Shown in pieces: positions 1 to 12,400 of a stretch of 64,000 nucleotides of DNA (positions are counted from its first letter, which is position 1; every line of letters starts with the position of its first letter). Below the pieces are notes generated by a model. The model was not told where the DNA came from, ran no database searches, and was given only the letters and a program-made list of their open reading frames with translations. Source of the stretch: Harriotta raleighana. Taxonomy: Eukaryota. Position numbers and translations under genes: made by a program. The DNA lies in assembly GCA_050575255.1 (NCBI GenBank), contig JBNZDD010013599.1:1739053-1803052 (forward strand). The letters run 5' to 3'.

Positions 1-3000
1 GGCCGCCCTATTGAGAACACTTATTATATCCAGGACAGTTCACCTTGGTCTGTGTCCAGGACTGTGCTATGAATCTGTTACACCGAGGGCAGACTTATGG
101 TGTCGAGTCTGTCTGTTATCCGTGGCATAAGAACCGCAGTCACCAAATGAAATGAAGTTGACTGAAGCCACACACAATGCCTGTTGTTCTTCAGTTGATC
201 TCTGTGGCTGTTTGAGAAACAAATGAGAAATTTGTCTTCGCTGCGACAGCTTTAGAAACCTGTGTAAGACAAGCGCACGATCGGGAAGATATACAATAGC
301 TATTTCCTGCACACATGTTGCTAAGTGGCAATTCTATTTAGATGGGTATGCAATTTTTTTTTAACTTCAGGCTGCCTTAAAATTGATCTTCACCATGAGA
401 AACACATGAATGCTTTTAATAAGGTGGAATTTTTTTCTCCTTTGAGGGTCGAGGGTTCATTATTCAGATTCTTTCCCATTTCGCACAAAGACTGCTTTGG
501 CCGTCGGATATTCAGCCGTGTTTATTTAGGACCAGAAAGTAAGGAAGCAATGATTTTAGAATGGTTGAATAGAGGTCTCCTGAGGATTTGCATAAAGCAG
601 TATGAAAGAGGCAGAATCGTGTTTCAGCACAGTTTGAGGGAAGAGGGAACAAGAATTTTCTTTTCTGGCTAATAAAGAATTCATGATAATCTTCCTGATG
701 CAAGTGGAGGGTGGAAGGAATGGAAGAGGTGACAGTGACATAGTGTGAATGTATTGATACCTCAGCTGGCACTGGAGAATAGGAGGGGGGGGGTGGGCTG
801 GAAGAATCGAGGACAGCTGCCAGTTAGCTGTCAAAGCAATGGAGAAATTTTAATTTGCATCATGATTAACTGAAGGCTGCTCATTGAAGATATTGACAAG
901 GAGGAGCCTTGGAGAAGGGATGCGCAGGGCAAATCAAACCCGAGCTTTTGTTTCTTGAGTAAGCATAGATTAGGTGGATTAGTGTTTAGGTTTTCGGTGA
1001 ACGTTTATAAAAAGGTGCTGGAGACAGGCTGATCTGTTCATCCACTAAATACAGCTGAGTGAATGCAACTTTTGAGAGACATGGGAATCAGCCAGAGAGA
1101 GAGAGAGAGGGGGAGAGGTGGTGGGGGGGAGATTTGAAACGGAGTCAAAATGATCAACGGCTAAAAGTTAAGGGAGTTCTTCACCGACAAAACTTAGGAA
1201 GATGGAGCGAACACGCCATGCGATATTCTAGCAGCTGCTCACGTTTGCGCTTTGCGTGCATTTGCGATGTGACTTGTGTGCAGCCTCACTGCGGTGTCTT
1301 TGTTGAGCTCAGCGCTTTGTCGAAAGTCACTGTGTAATCATGTGGAAACTTCAATGATTGCCACAGGACCAGTGTGTCCCTACACATCCCGGATAATGGA
1401 GTGTCAACGCAAAATGGATGGGAAAGTTGTGGTTTATTGGCTTCATGTGCTGGTTATAAACCCTAACTAGATGATGGATTGGAGAGAACTGTAAGTAAAT
1501 TCAAGCATCTTTTCCTGTATTGATTTACAACAGTTGACTCCAGACGCCTTCATTATATTGGTTATCCATCATATTTAGTAGATCTCTCTTTCGGAGTTGT
1601 GCAGATATATATATTTTTAAATGGGGGGGCGGGGGGGGGTTATTTGAGTTTGTAAAATATGACGTTTACCTTCCTTAATGAGTGCGTGAAAAACATCTCG
1701 TGTTTGTGCAGTTTGTTTCGCGGGTTTGCAATTGTAATATTGATCTCCACTGTTACGTTGCTGTTTAGAATTGTTGCTTTTCTGGTGACGCAGGTGAATT
1801 CATTCAAACGAAGTCATGCTCGAATAATGCTGGCTCAGAAACCTGAGTGTGCATTTCACTGCTCTTGTTGCACTCAGACCCACTTTAAATGGTCCCTAAT
1901 CCTTTACGCCTTGCGTCGTTGTCCTTTTTTCCTCCAATATACAAATAAATAAATAGCCTATCCAGCTAATACTTCCAATGAAGAACTTATCTCAACGCGT
2001 GTAACTAGATAAGAACTGGATAAGAAATCATTCTGTTTTGGCAAGTAATATTTTTCTTGGGATTTAAATTAAAACCAGAGGGATAATCATTCCACAAATC
2101 CACTTTTGTCTCTTTATGTCAAGACTTCCCTCTACGTGCCTGCTATGCAGAAGTATATTCGGAAAGAGTTTCATTTTTCTTGGGTGTTCTGTTGCTTTTC
2201 TGAAGATTGCTTGTTAGAACTTCCAGCAGTTAAGCTTCATCTGCTTGAATGAGCAATAGATGTGCAAATGCAGCCTTTAGCTCCCGCTTCCTTACACAGC
2301 CTGTCTCTAGGGAAATCCCGCACTAGACTTTATTGAAGTAATAATTATTTCATCAGCTCTTGTGTATTTTTCGTCTGTATTTGGATTGGAACCTCTAGAG
2401 TCTGGAGTTGTCATTCCTGCCCTAGACTTAACTACTTGCTTGTTGATGCTCTTGTTTTGCAAAATAAAAAAGTGTTCGTCGTCACATTTCAGAGGAGGAA
2501 TGTCCCAACAGTTCATGTCGTTTTTCACCCCCACACCCCCCCCACCCCCCCCCCCCACTCATTACATATTGTAAATGTGTGAATAAATGATTTTAAATAG
2601 TGATTTTTCCTTTTCTTTACAATTTTTTTTTACATTGTCAATTACTGTAAAGAGGGAACACATGACCTGTGATGAATTGACAAAATTAATTTTTTATGCA
2701 AGATCAAGCATTAGTGCTTTAATGTTTTGTTTCATTGAGGTTTGCTGCTTTAATGAGCCACTCTGGTACGGAATTATTTATGGGATGCTGAGTCTGTCTG
2801 CCTGCTTTTTTTTCCCCAGCTCTCGAGTAACGCAGGAATACAACTGATGCAGTAGTTAGTGGGTAAACTACAAAAGTGACCAATGCTATAGATTTCATAC
2901 CACACCATAGGAATGTGAATCCTCTGAAATGCTAATAACTTGTTTAGATCATGATGCACTCTATGCAAAAATGTTACCACTACAGTAGCCTATCCGGCCT

Positions 3001-3312
3001 AATAGTGACGGGAGTCTGGTTTGAAAGCTTTTACAATGTCAATGAGATTTTCAGCTGCCCTGGAGAGCTATGGCCTATTTGAAAATCTGCTTGGGAGAAA
3101 TTAAGTGAATACTGTAACGTGCTGACCATATTTCTGCCTGGATTCTGTCTAGATTAGTCTCCTGACTGAACATCCTGAAATAATTCAATTAGAATCAAGT
3201 GAGTTGATTTGTTAAATGGGCGACGATGACTTTGAACACGTTTTCCTCTACCAAATGACTTTTGCCTCTTAGTAACGCTAGATTTTTTTTTCTACCTCTT
3301 CCATCCTTACAG

Positions 3313-3496
3313 AGCAGCACAGAAGCTGAATCTATCTTCGAAGCGAAAGAAACACCATCCAGGTCTCCAGCATTCTCACGAGTTCTCGTCCTACACCACA
3401 GATTTCAATGGCATTCTGCAAGTATCTCCTCCCCCAGCACCACCAGGCCTTTTGAGGGCGGTCTCTAAAGTCAAGGACAACCCAGGCATTGGAAAG
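3313..3496 (+). CDS. KIF26A: KIF26A coding exon (pre-motor), not captured in the correct frame by the ORF track
   Basis: ttacag|A GCA GCA CAG...GGA AAG|gtatga. Translates [61 protein letters not shown] and joins in phase 0 to VKVMVRI. Confidence 0.92.
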
Positions 3497-6400
3497 GTAT
3501 GAAAGCAAAAGGCTGCCACCACTTACTCGTCTTCAACTTAAACCTGCAAACATAGGTATACCAAATAGCATCGTTTAAAGAGTAATACCAATCCCGATTT
3601 TTGAATCCTGTGCATCTGTCAACCACAAACGGCGAGAGTTGTGAGTCTTTACGTACAGAGTAAAAATTAGACGCCAGTGTGAATATTGCTGTCAGCTTTG
3701 CACTGTGCTGAAGCAATGTCATGGTATGGTAATAATCCTTTCAACACAGCACCTTGTCACGCTTGTCTCAAAGCGCCTCACAGAATATACTGTACAGTGA
3801 ATTGACTGTATATTTTGTGACAGAAATGCAGCAGCCAATTGCACACAGCAGGGTCTCCCCTCCAAAAACAGGCGCGGATTGAGTGACCCAAATTCTTATG
3901 ATCTGGGCGGAGGCTGAGCATTTTATCTGGTGGAAGAGTGTATTCTCTGGTTATATCTTTTACTGGATTGACTTGAGTTGAAATCTGAAATTGTTTTGTT
4001 GAAGGAGGACACTGTGCTATTGTGGGACGCTATATCAATTATATGACAGGGTGGGGGTGGGTGGGGTTAATTGAAAACTGTTTTGATTGAGGTTTGGCAT
4101 CAGCTGTCACGTTGGGTTTGGTTTCACAGGATAGTGTTTAGATGAGAAGCTTGTTTGCATAGTTGCGGTTACAGTCGAGACATTTTCCTTATGGGTAAAG
4201 CCTTATTTATAATGATTGTTTTCTATCACTCTCATATTGGCAAAATAATAACAGTAATGTTGGCACATGGAAACCATCCATCATAATCATTTACAGTTTT
4301 CTTGGTAATACATTTTTGCAAAACGGTTTACGTAACTCTACTGTCAAACACCACTTAAATGAAATGACGTGGGAGCAGTGTCATTTGGTTTCGAATCTCT
4401 CTGGTGCGGCAGTGAATCCGATTTACTGAAAGCGTATCAAGAGAACAAAGCCCATTAATCCAGATCGTGGGCCAGTTCGGAGTCCTCTTGCATGCTACTG
4501 CCTGCGGATGTTGGGTGAGGACAAGATCAGCCTTGGCCGTCATGTCCCCTCATCTGAAACGGGTTGCTAACATTTGCCACGAGGGGTTCAGGGACGATAG
4601 AATTTCCTGGCACCCAGAGAACTGTACCCCCTGTGTGAATTCCCTGCAGTTTCCTGTCCTGTGCTTTGAATCGCATGGATGATAACAATCCTTAATCCTT
4701 GCACTTGATGCAACACTTTTCATGTGGTCTAGACGTCTCAAAGCACTTCACAGAATATGCTGTCAGGTGAATTGACTGTATATTTGTGGGCGAAACGTGG
4801 CAGCCAATTGCGCACAGCATCGCGGGATTGAGTGACACAAGTGTTATTTTTTTTTTCTTGAGGGATTATTATCAGGCACGTGGAGCAAGGAAACTTGCCC
4901 AAGGCTTTGCCCTGCTGGGAATCGAATCCAGGTCTTTCGTTTACAAAGGCATGTGCTCTAACCACTGAGCTGCAAGACTGTATTGTGTTGAAATGGGAAT
5001 TGAAACCACAACGTTCTGACTCAAGAGTTGAGAGGGCTAAAACACAACAGTTTTAGGTCGTACTGCATTCTGGTTCTCCTCTGTTCTGTCCAGCTTAAAA
5101 TCACATGAATTAATGGATGACTGAAAATGAGTTCAACTTTGTTTAGTCATCAAATGGCTCCCATGAATGACTGAGGTTAAGATAGGGTTTTTGTTCAGCA
5201 AATACTCTGGGCTAATCACTTCGCATATTGTGCTTGAAATGAGATTTTACTCAGAAACTAGTGAAAATGCAGTAAACGCCATGGGTTAATTAAATCGAGT
5301 GCAGGTGAAAATGTGTCTTTTACTTTATGATAATATGAAACTGCATTTGAGATCTGACCACTTTTTAAAGTCACAATGACTCTCAGCGCTCTATAGATAA
5401 GATCTTCTGACCAAATGTAGTGACTGTGTGTGAACGTGTAAGTAGGCAAGCGATACACCCCAATTGTCACATACATTTTTGAGCAACAACAAATTACATT
5501 TTTAACATATTTATACACTTCACATCTGTACCAAAAAGATATAAAACACTCGTAACACTTGGCCCTTATCATTTACGTTTTTTTTTATTTTTAAAAAAGG
5601 GTTCATCTCGATCAAATAATTGATCATTATCGAGGGCAGGAAATCACGTCCCTTGGAAAAGCTACACGTGTTTCTACTGTCATTCAAATGGCCTTCCAGG
5701 AAGCCTGGCCTGAAAATGTGTATCTGTACAAAGTTCCAGCAGTAGCATTTTAATAGCGGGATTCACAGGCAGGAGAACAAGAACGATTCTCCCTTGCATG
5801 GTTAATGGATGATAAAAGTTTTAAGCCGATTCACAGTACGGCTGATCGTTCACAGTCTGCCTCTCACACACCGCATAGACGGAGAACAATGAATCCTCCC
5901 ATCACTTGTGGGTGAATTGTCATTTAATCTCATCATGCACACAGTTTCCCAGCGCAGATTCATCTATTACCTGATCCGATATGTGCTTAAGCATATGTTA
6001 ATAAATTCACAATCAGGACACGAGATGGGGGGGAGGGGGGGGGAATTTTTTTTTCATTTCAAGCACTTGAAAGAACCAGCTTCCTTCATTCCTGAGATGA
6101 ATGTGGTTTCTATCAAATTTTTTGAGCAGGAATTTGTTGCAGCTGTGGGCTCTGTCGAGAGAGAGATCTGTATATGGATGTCAAGGAAAATTTTAATTGT
6201 GTACATGAAAGCTTTTGTCCTTCCCCCCCCATGCCCGCCCACCCAGCCCCCCCCTCCACACACCCACAAAACATATCTTTTAAACCATTTTTTTTTAACT
6301 CCACTCCACTCAAAAATTGTCTGGCAGTCTTGCTCCTAATACTTCTTTGAACAACAAGTAAGTGCTCCACAATTATAAAGCTTCTGTCAGTTTTCCTGAC

Positions 6401-9400
6401 AAGAGACATCTTTCGTGAGATGCGCAGCAAAAAAAAAACGAAAGCAATTAAACTCCCGTCTTGACACAAAATGTGCTTAAAAGGGTTGATGCCACAAAGG
6501 TCTGATGCCTTCGTCTCTTTATTGAGTTCATACTGAGAAGCTTTCCGCCAGCTTTTTTGTCAGGTAACTACAAAGGTACAAAGAATCCGCGGCTATTAAA
6601 CTTGTAAATGTGACACATACAAACTGTTTTACGAGCAGGCCAGAAGATGCATGTTTTCTTTGTGATCCGGTGGACGTCGAGACGTTTGTGTGTTTCCGCA
6701 GGCAGAAAAGATGACTGATGCACGCGGAGGCAATGAATAATTTAAACTGCCTGTGAGAAGGTGGACATCTCGCACGCATCTTTCGGGCTTGAATCTGGTC
6801 CAAAATGGAAACCAAAAAGTGGTAAAGGGAGCGATTGACTGAATCTCCAGGTTCACTCGTACTGTTCTGGGAAGCGATTTGACCCGACTTGCTCAGTGTT
6901 GCTGCTGAGAAAAGCACAGCAGTTTCTGATGACAGCAAATTACAGGGAGGCAGCTTTGATGTTGATACCGGTGGACAGATAGATGCCCAGAAAACCGTCG
7001 GTTTAAAAACTGCGAACTCGGAATATTTGAGGGAGGCCGGGCGGATGATGTCAGAGGTTGCTGACTTCATCCAACTTGTATATACAGTATGTTGCCAGAC
7101 AACAACAGACACTGATGAAATAGCCATTTTGCTTCAGTGTGAGCTGAACATTTAAACTGATCACAGGGTTTGAAATAAATTTGCCTAGAGAATATACCGA
7201 ACTACACTTAGCAGTAGAGTACTGCATGTCCATCTCATAAAGCTCTTTGTGACGTACCCCTAACGTGACAGGTGTTGTATCAAACGCAAGCATTATTATT
7301 GTTATTTTCAATTCAGTATCTAAAACTTAAGGCTCCCTTGATGAATTGCAAAAAATATTATGTGGAAACTCTCCTTGCGGTCATTAAAATGCAAATATTT
7401 GTCATTATTATTCCAGAAATAAATGAGAATCCAGCCTTGACTGTTGCCATATCTACAGACAGTGTATATGTGTGCATGAACATGAGAATAATCTTGAAGA
7501 CTAAATTAAACCCAAGTCAGGTGGATCTCATCTATCAGTCCCAAATGAAGACTAGAGGAAAATTGTCTCCAAACTGAGACCTATATAATGTGATTTTCAC
7601 TCCGGACTAATAATGTTGGACTGAGATTGAGATTCATAGCAGTAATACTTATGGTTAATTAAATACAATATGTCCCTCGATTTAGAAATCCCGATCTGAA
7701 GATTTGAGAGGAGCTTGGTCGTGTATTGTGTAACTGCAGAATACTGTACACACATAACCAAGAGTGCTGGACAGTATGATTCTGCGATTCTCTTCCCAAG
7801 AGCGCTTGCTGGTTGTGATCAAGGTGAATGTGGGAGGCAAAATAAAGATGATTTCAATATTTTGCGCTTCACTTCAATCTTGTCCAAGATTGAATTCCTT
7901 ATCAGTTTACAACAGTCAGTGTTGCGCTGTTTGTAGTGTATTGAAATTGTCCAAGAAACCACATTAGGAATTATTCCTAATGTAAGGCATCATGAGTTAA
8001 TTGTGGGGTAATGTGAAATTATATGGCAGGTTGCTCATCAAAATTATACCATAACTTAATTGTATCGGAAGATTAAATTGAAGAATTATAACTAAAATGT
8101 GTTTAACTGGCTAAGGCAGAGTTATATTGGAAGATTTATATTATCTACAAGATTATGTTATTTTCTGAATGCATATAGCTGGTAATAATTCTATAATGAA
8201 TAATATAGAATTCGCATTTGGACATATACGCTGCATCACATGTTTGAGATGTCTTGTACTGCTTCACAGAATACACTGTAAAGTGAATTGACTGTATTCT
8301 GTGTGTGAAATGCGACAGACAATTGCGCACAGCAATGTTGCACAAACAAGTCGTGAGTGACAAAATTATTAACTCTTAAAAATTCTTTAAATTAAGATGA
8401 CTCCCAAGGTTACGGAGAGTACAAGGTTACCGAAAGCAGGTTACGGAAACTGCTGTGAAACACAATGCTGATTTCATTTAGCTTTTACAGGCAGAGACAG
8501 CCTTGAGTCTGTCATTTTCAATACACTTTGTCATTCAAAGCAACTGTTCCATTTAATTTAAGGTTCGCCTAGTTTTGAGGACTGTCTTTTTGTATTCGTG
8601 TCAATACCAAAAGTGGAGAGCTATCATTGGGATAGAACACAGATGCATAATACAGGCAGTGTTAAAAGATAGGAAGGCATAGCTCGCTTCTCATTATTAA
8701 TTCTACTGATCAAGAGATTTATTACAGATAGGTTTTCTCCATGGGAAATACCAATGTGACTTGGGTCTGCTTTATGAGTGGAAAAAGTAGGAACAAAATG
8801 AAATGAATAATTGCTTCAACGGTGAGTTTGTTCTTGCTGACACTCGAGTTGTCTGATTAAATGAGGATGGAGGCAGCTTTCCCAATGGCTCTCAGCGGCG
8901 ACCACAATGGCAAATATGATCACTAACGGGAAACTAGCTCACTAACTGTTGAAATCTCAAGCATTCAGAATAAGAAGAAGAAGAATAATAGCAGGTTGTC
9001 ACAATGACTGATTTTAATGGAGGCAAATACAGCAACTAATCTGTGCCAGCATCCTCCCAATTCATCTGTAAGGTACAGCATTTGCAGTTTGGATCAGGGA
9101 GAAATATTAGTTGCTCTAACGGGAACACAATCCCCATCCCAGACAGGGCTGAACCCACAAAATCCTTGTTCAAGAATAAGACCAATATACAGTACATTGA
9201 GTCAAGATCCTCTATTATGATAGTATCTAAAAGTTTGCAGGTTAAAGAGGTATCCTATTTGTAAATTAGACATTTTTCTTAATTGCCTTTCTTTTAGGTA
9301 GTTGTCCACACAAGAATCATAATTCAGCACGTATACCATTATTAAATCCCAAACATCTGAAAGTGTTACAGACTTTCCACCTTTGCTTTTCACCTGTTCC

Positions 9401-12400
9401 TCCAGGTACATATAACCAAGAACGTACAAATCGCATATCTAAATGACGACTTTTCTTGGGGATTTTGTTTCTGCCCTACCTGTGCGTTCTCACTTTTATC
9501 TGGAATTTTCAAATAAAATTCTGTGTTTTCTGAGGAACTTAGCCACCTTGATCAAATCCCCACAGACAGCTGCAAATTTCGCAAGGATAATTGTCCTGTA
9601 TATATTTGCCATGGGGCTCCATTAATGACTCAGATAGGCAAATTGGCTGGCTTGCTTTAATAAGTCCTGCCTGTTATTTTGTCTTCTGAATGTTCGCTGT
9701 ACATAACTATATTTATATAATTATATTCCAATTTTTTTTTTTTTAAATGACATCCTATATACTGAACATTTTTTTTCTGTTTCTATAGCTCTGGGTGCAT
9801 TGAATTTCATAGAATGCTATTGCAATGAACTTTCATTTCCTATAGTTTTACCTTTTCTGATCTGAATGTGTCTCATCTCTGTGATCTGGATAGGTCTGCA
9901 ACCAGAAAATTAAAACTGGTTTGAGAACAATTATTCATTTACAAATCCAGACTGTTTCCAATGCTGTCCTCAGTCTTTTGGACTCACACTGTATGAACTA
10001 AGATAATTGGCTGCCACGTTTCGCCCACAAAACACAGTCAATTCCCTTTGCAGTGTGCTCTGTGAGGCGCTTTGAGATGTCCTGAAGACGTGATAAAGGG
10101 CTGTATCAAAGGCAAGGATTATTATAATTATTATTGTCAGCGAGGCAACCTGAATCAATATGCACATCTCATGTAGTACACCCCCCAAAACGTAAGGCTT
10201 AAGCCCCATAAGTATAATCTGTTGTTTACATCCACACGTGAATGTACCCAAGATTTTAGACTCTCAAAAATAATGTATAAAATTACGCGGTGTGAGCAAA
10301 CGATGTCACAGGTTTCTCTCGGTGTCTGAACCCATCTGGCTGAGTGTGGCAGACAAATCCCTGGGAGCTGATTGTCCAGAAATATTGCTTTCACTTGTAG
10401 CTTTTACTGCTGTTTTACATGGGCTCCGAAGCGTTTAGCTACTTGTGGGAAAATCACAAACGCTGGGGGTGATAGGAAAGCTTGGCACAGCGGGGCTCGC
10501 TCCAGCCATTTGTATTTCTCCCATTAGTATAATCCATTAGAGTTTGAGGCTTTGAGACTTTGAAATGCTCTCACACAGTGTATTCGCATTTACCGATCAG
10601 CCCGTAATGAGATCAAGGAAAGCAGTTACTGTAGCTCCCACTGTTCGAAGCTGATCTCCTGATTGATTGTGTGGTCATTTTCTTTCCAGGTGAAGGTAAT
10701 GGTACGGATCTGTCCTTCCCAAGGAGCGAGCGACACGTCAGAATCCATGTCTTTCTTAAAAGTGGACTCTCGTAAAAAGCAAATAACCCTTTATGACCCC
10801 TCAGTGAGTGGACATGTAAGTCCTGCTCATCGTCGGACAATTGTTGCTGCTCCAAAAATGTTTGCGTTCGATGCTGTGTTCACCCAAGACGCCTCGCAAG
10901 TAAGTNTTTTTTTTCTGTTTCTATAGCTCTGGGTGCATTGAATTTCATAGAATGCTATTGCAATGAACTTTCATTTCCTATAGTTTTACCTTTCCTGATC
11001 TGAATGTGTCTTATCTCTGTGATCTGGATAGGTCTGCAACCAGAAAATTAAAACTGGTTTGAGAACAATTATTCATTTACAAATCCAGACTGTTTCCAAT
11101 GCTGTCCTCAGTCTTTTGGACTCACACTGTATGAACTAAGATAATTGGCTGCCACGTTTCGCCCACAAAACACAGTCAATTCCCTTTGCAGTGTGCTCTG
11201 TGAGGCGCTTTGAGATGTCCTGAAGACGTGATAAAGGGCTGTATCAAAGGCAAGGATTATTATAATTATTATTGTCAGCGAGGCAACCTGAATCAATATG
11301 CACATCTCATGTAGTACACCCCCCAAAACGTAAGGCTTAAGCCCCATAAGTATAATCTGTTGTTTACATCCACACGTGAATGTACCCAAGATTTTAGACT
11401 CTCAAAAATAATGTATAAAATTACGCGGTGTGAGCAAACGATGTCACAGGTTTCTCTCGGTGTCTGAACCCATCTGGCTGAGTGTGGCAGACAAATCCCT
11501 GGGAGCTGATTGTCCAGAAATATTGCTTTCACTTGTAGCTTTTACTGCTGTTTTACATGGGCTCCGAAGCGTTTAGCTACTTGTGGGAAAATCACAAACG
11601 CTGGGGGTGATAGGAAAGCTTGGCACAGCGGGGCTCGCTCCAGCCATTTGTATCTCTCCCATTAGTATAATCCATTAGAGTTTGAGGCTTTGAGACTTTG
11701 AAATGCTCTCACACAGTGTATTCGCATTTACCGATCAGCCCGTAATGAGATCAAGGAAAGCAGTTACTGTAGCTCCCACTGTTCGAAGCTGATCTCCTGA
11801 TTGATTGTGTGGTCATTTTCTTTCCAGGTGAAGGTAATGGTACGGATCTGTCCTTCCCAAGGAGCGAGCGACACGTCAGAATCCATGTCTTTCTTAAAAG
11901 TGGACTCTCGTAAAAAGCAAATAACCCTTTATGACCCCTCAGTGAGTGGACATGTAAGTCCTGCTCATCGTCGGACAATTGTTGCTGCTCCAAAAATGTT
12001 TGCGTTCGATGCTGTGTTCACCCAAGACGCCTCGCAAGTAAGTCCAAACCAAATTGAAATGATTCCTTACCTAACTGTTCGATTCAACGCTGCATTTCTT
12101 TACTTTTTAAATGAACGGAGCACGAATAACAACACTGTACTGACCGGCTAATGTGTTTCATTCGTTCGTTCTAACATTCCTAGGCGGAGGTTTGCTCAGG
12201 AACAGTGGCTGAAGTCATCCAGTCTGTCGTGAATGGTGCAGACGGCTGCATATTTTGCTTTGGTCATGTCAAGCTTGGTGAGCTCCCAAATTCGTTTCAG
12301 TTAATTACATTGTCAGGCTGGTAATTACATGCTGTCAGCGTCTGCAACAATAAACGTAGCGGCGGAGTGAATAGCTTACAATTTCCTTTTCAATTGACTT

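Larger units (their letters stand above)
9769..12043. repeat. 1137-bp direct duplication (9769..10905 / 10907..12043) separated by a single N
   Basis: Constant 1138-bp offset. I found only about three substitutions by eye (ttttctga/tttcctga, tctcatc/tcttatc, tatttctc/tatctctc). Confidence 0.93.

Noticed and set aside
6528-7127. 199-aa minus-strand ORF in an intron
   Set aside because: No recognisable domain or coding-like composition. A chance ORF of this length is plausible in 64 kb when alternative starts are allowed.
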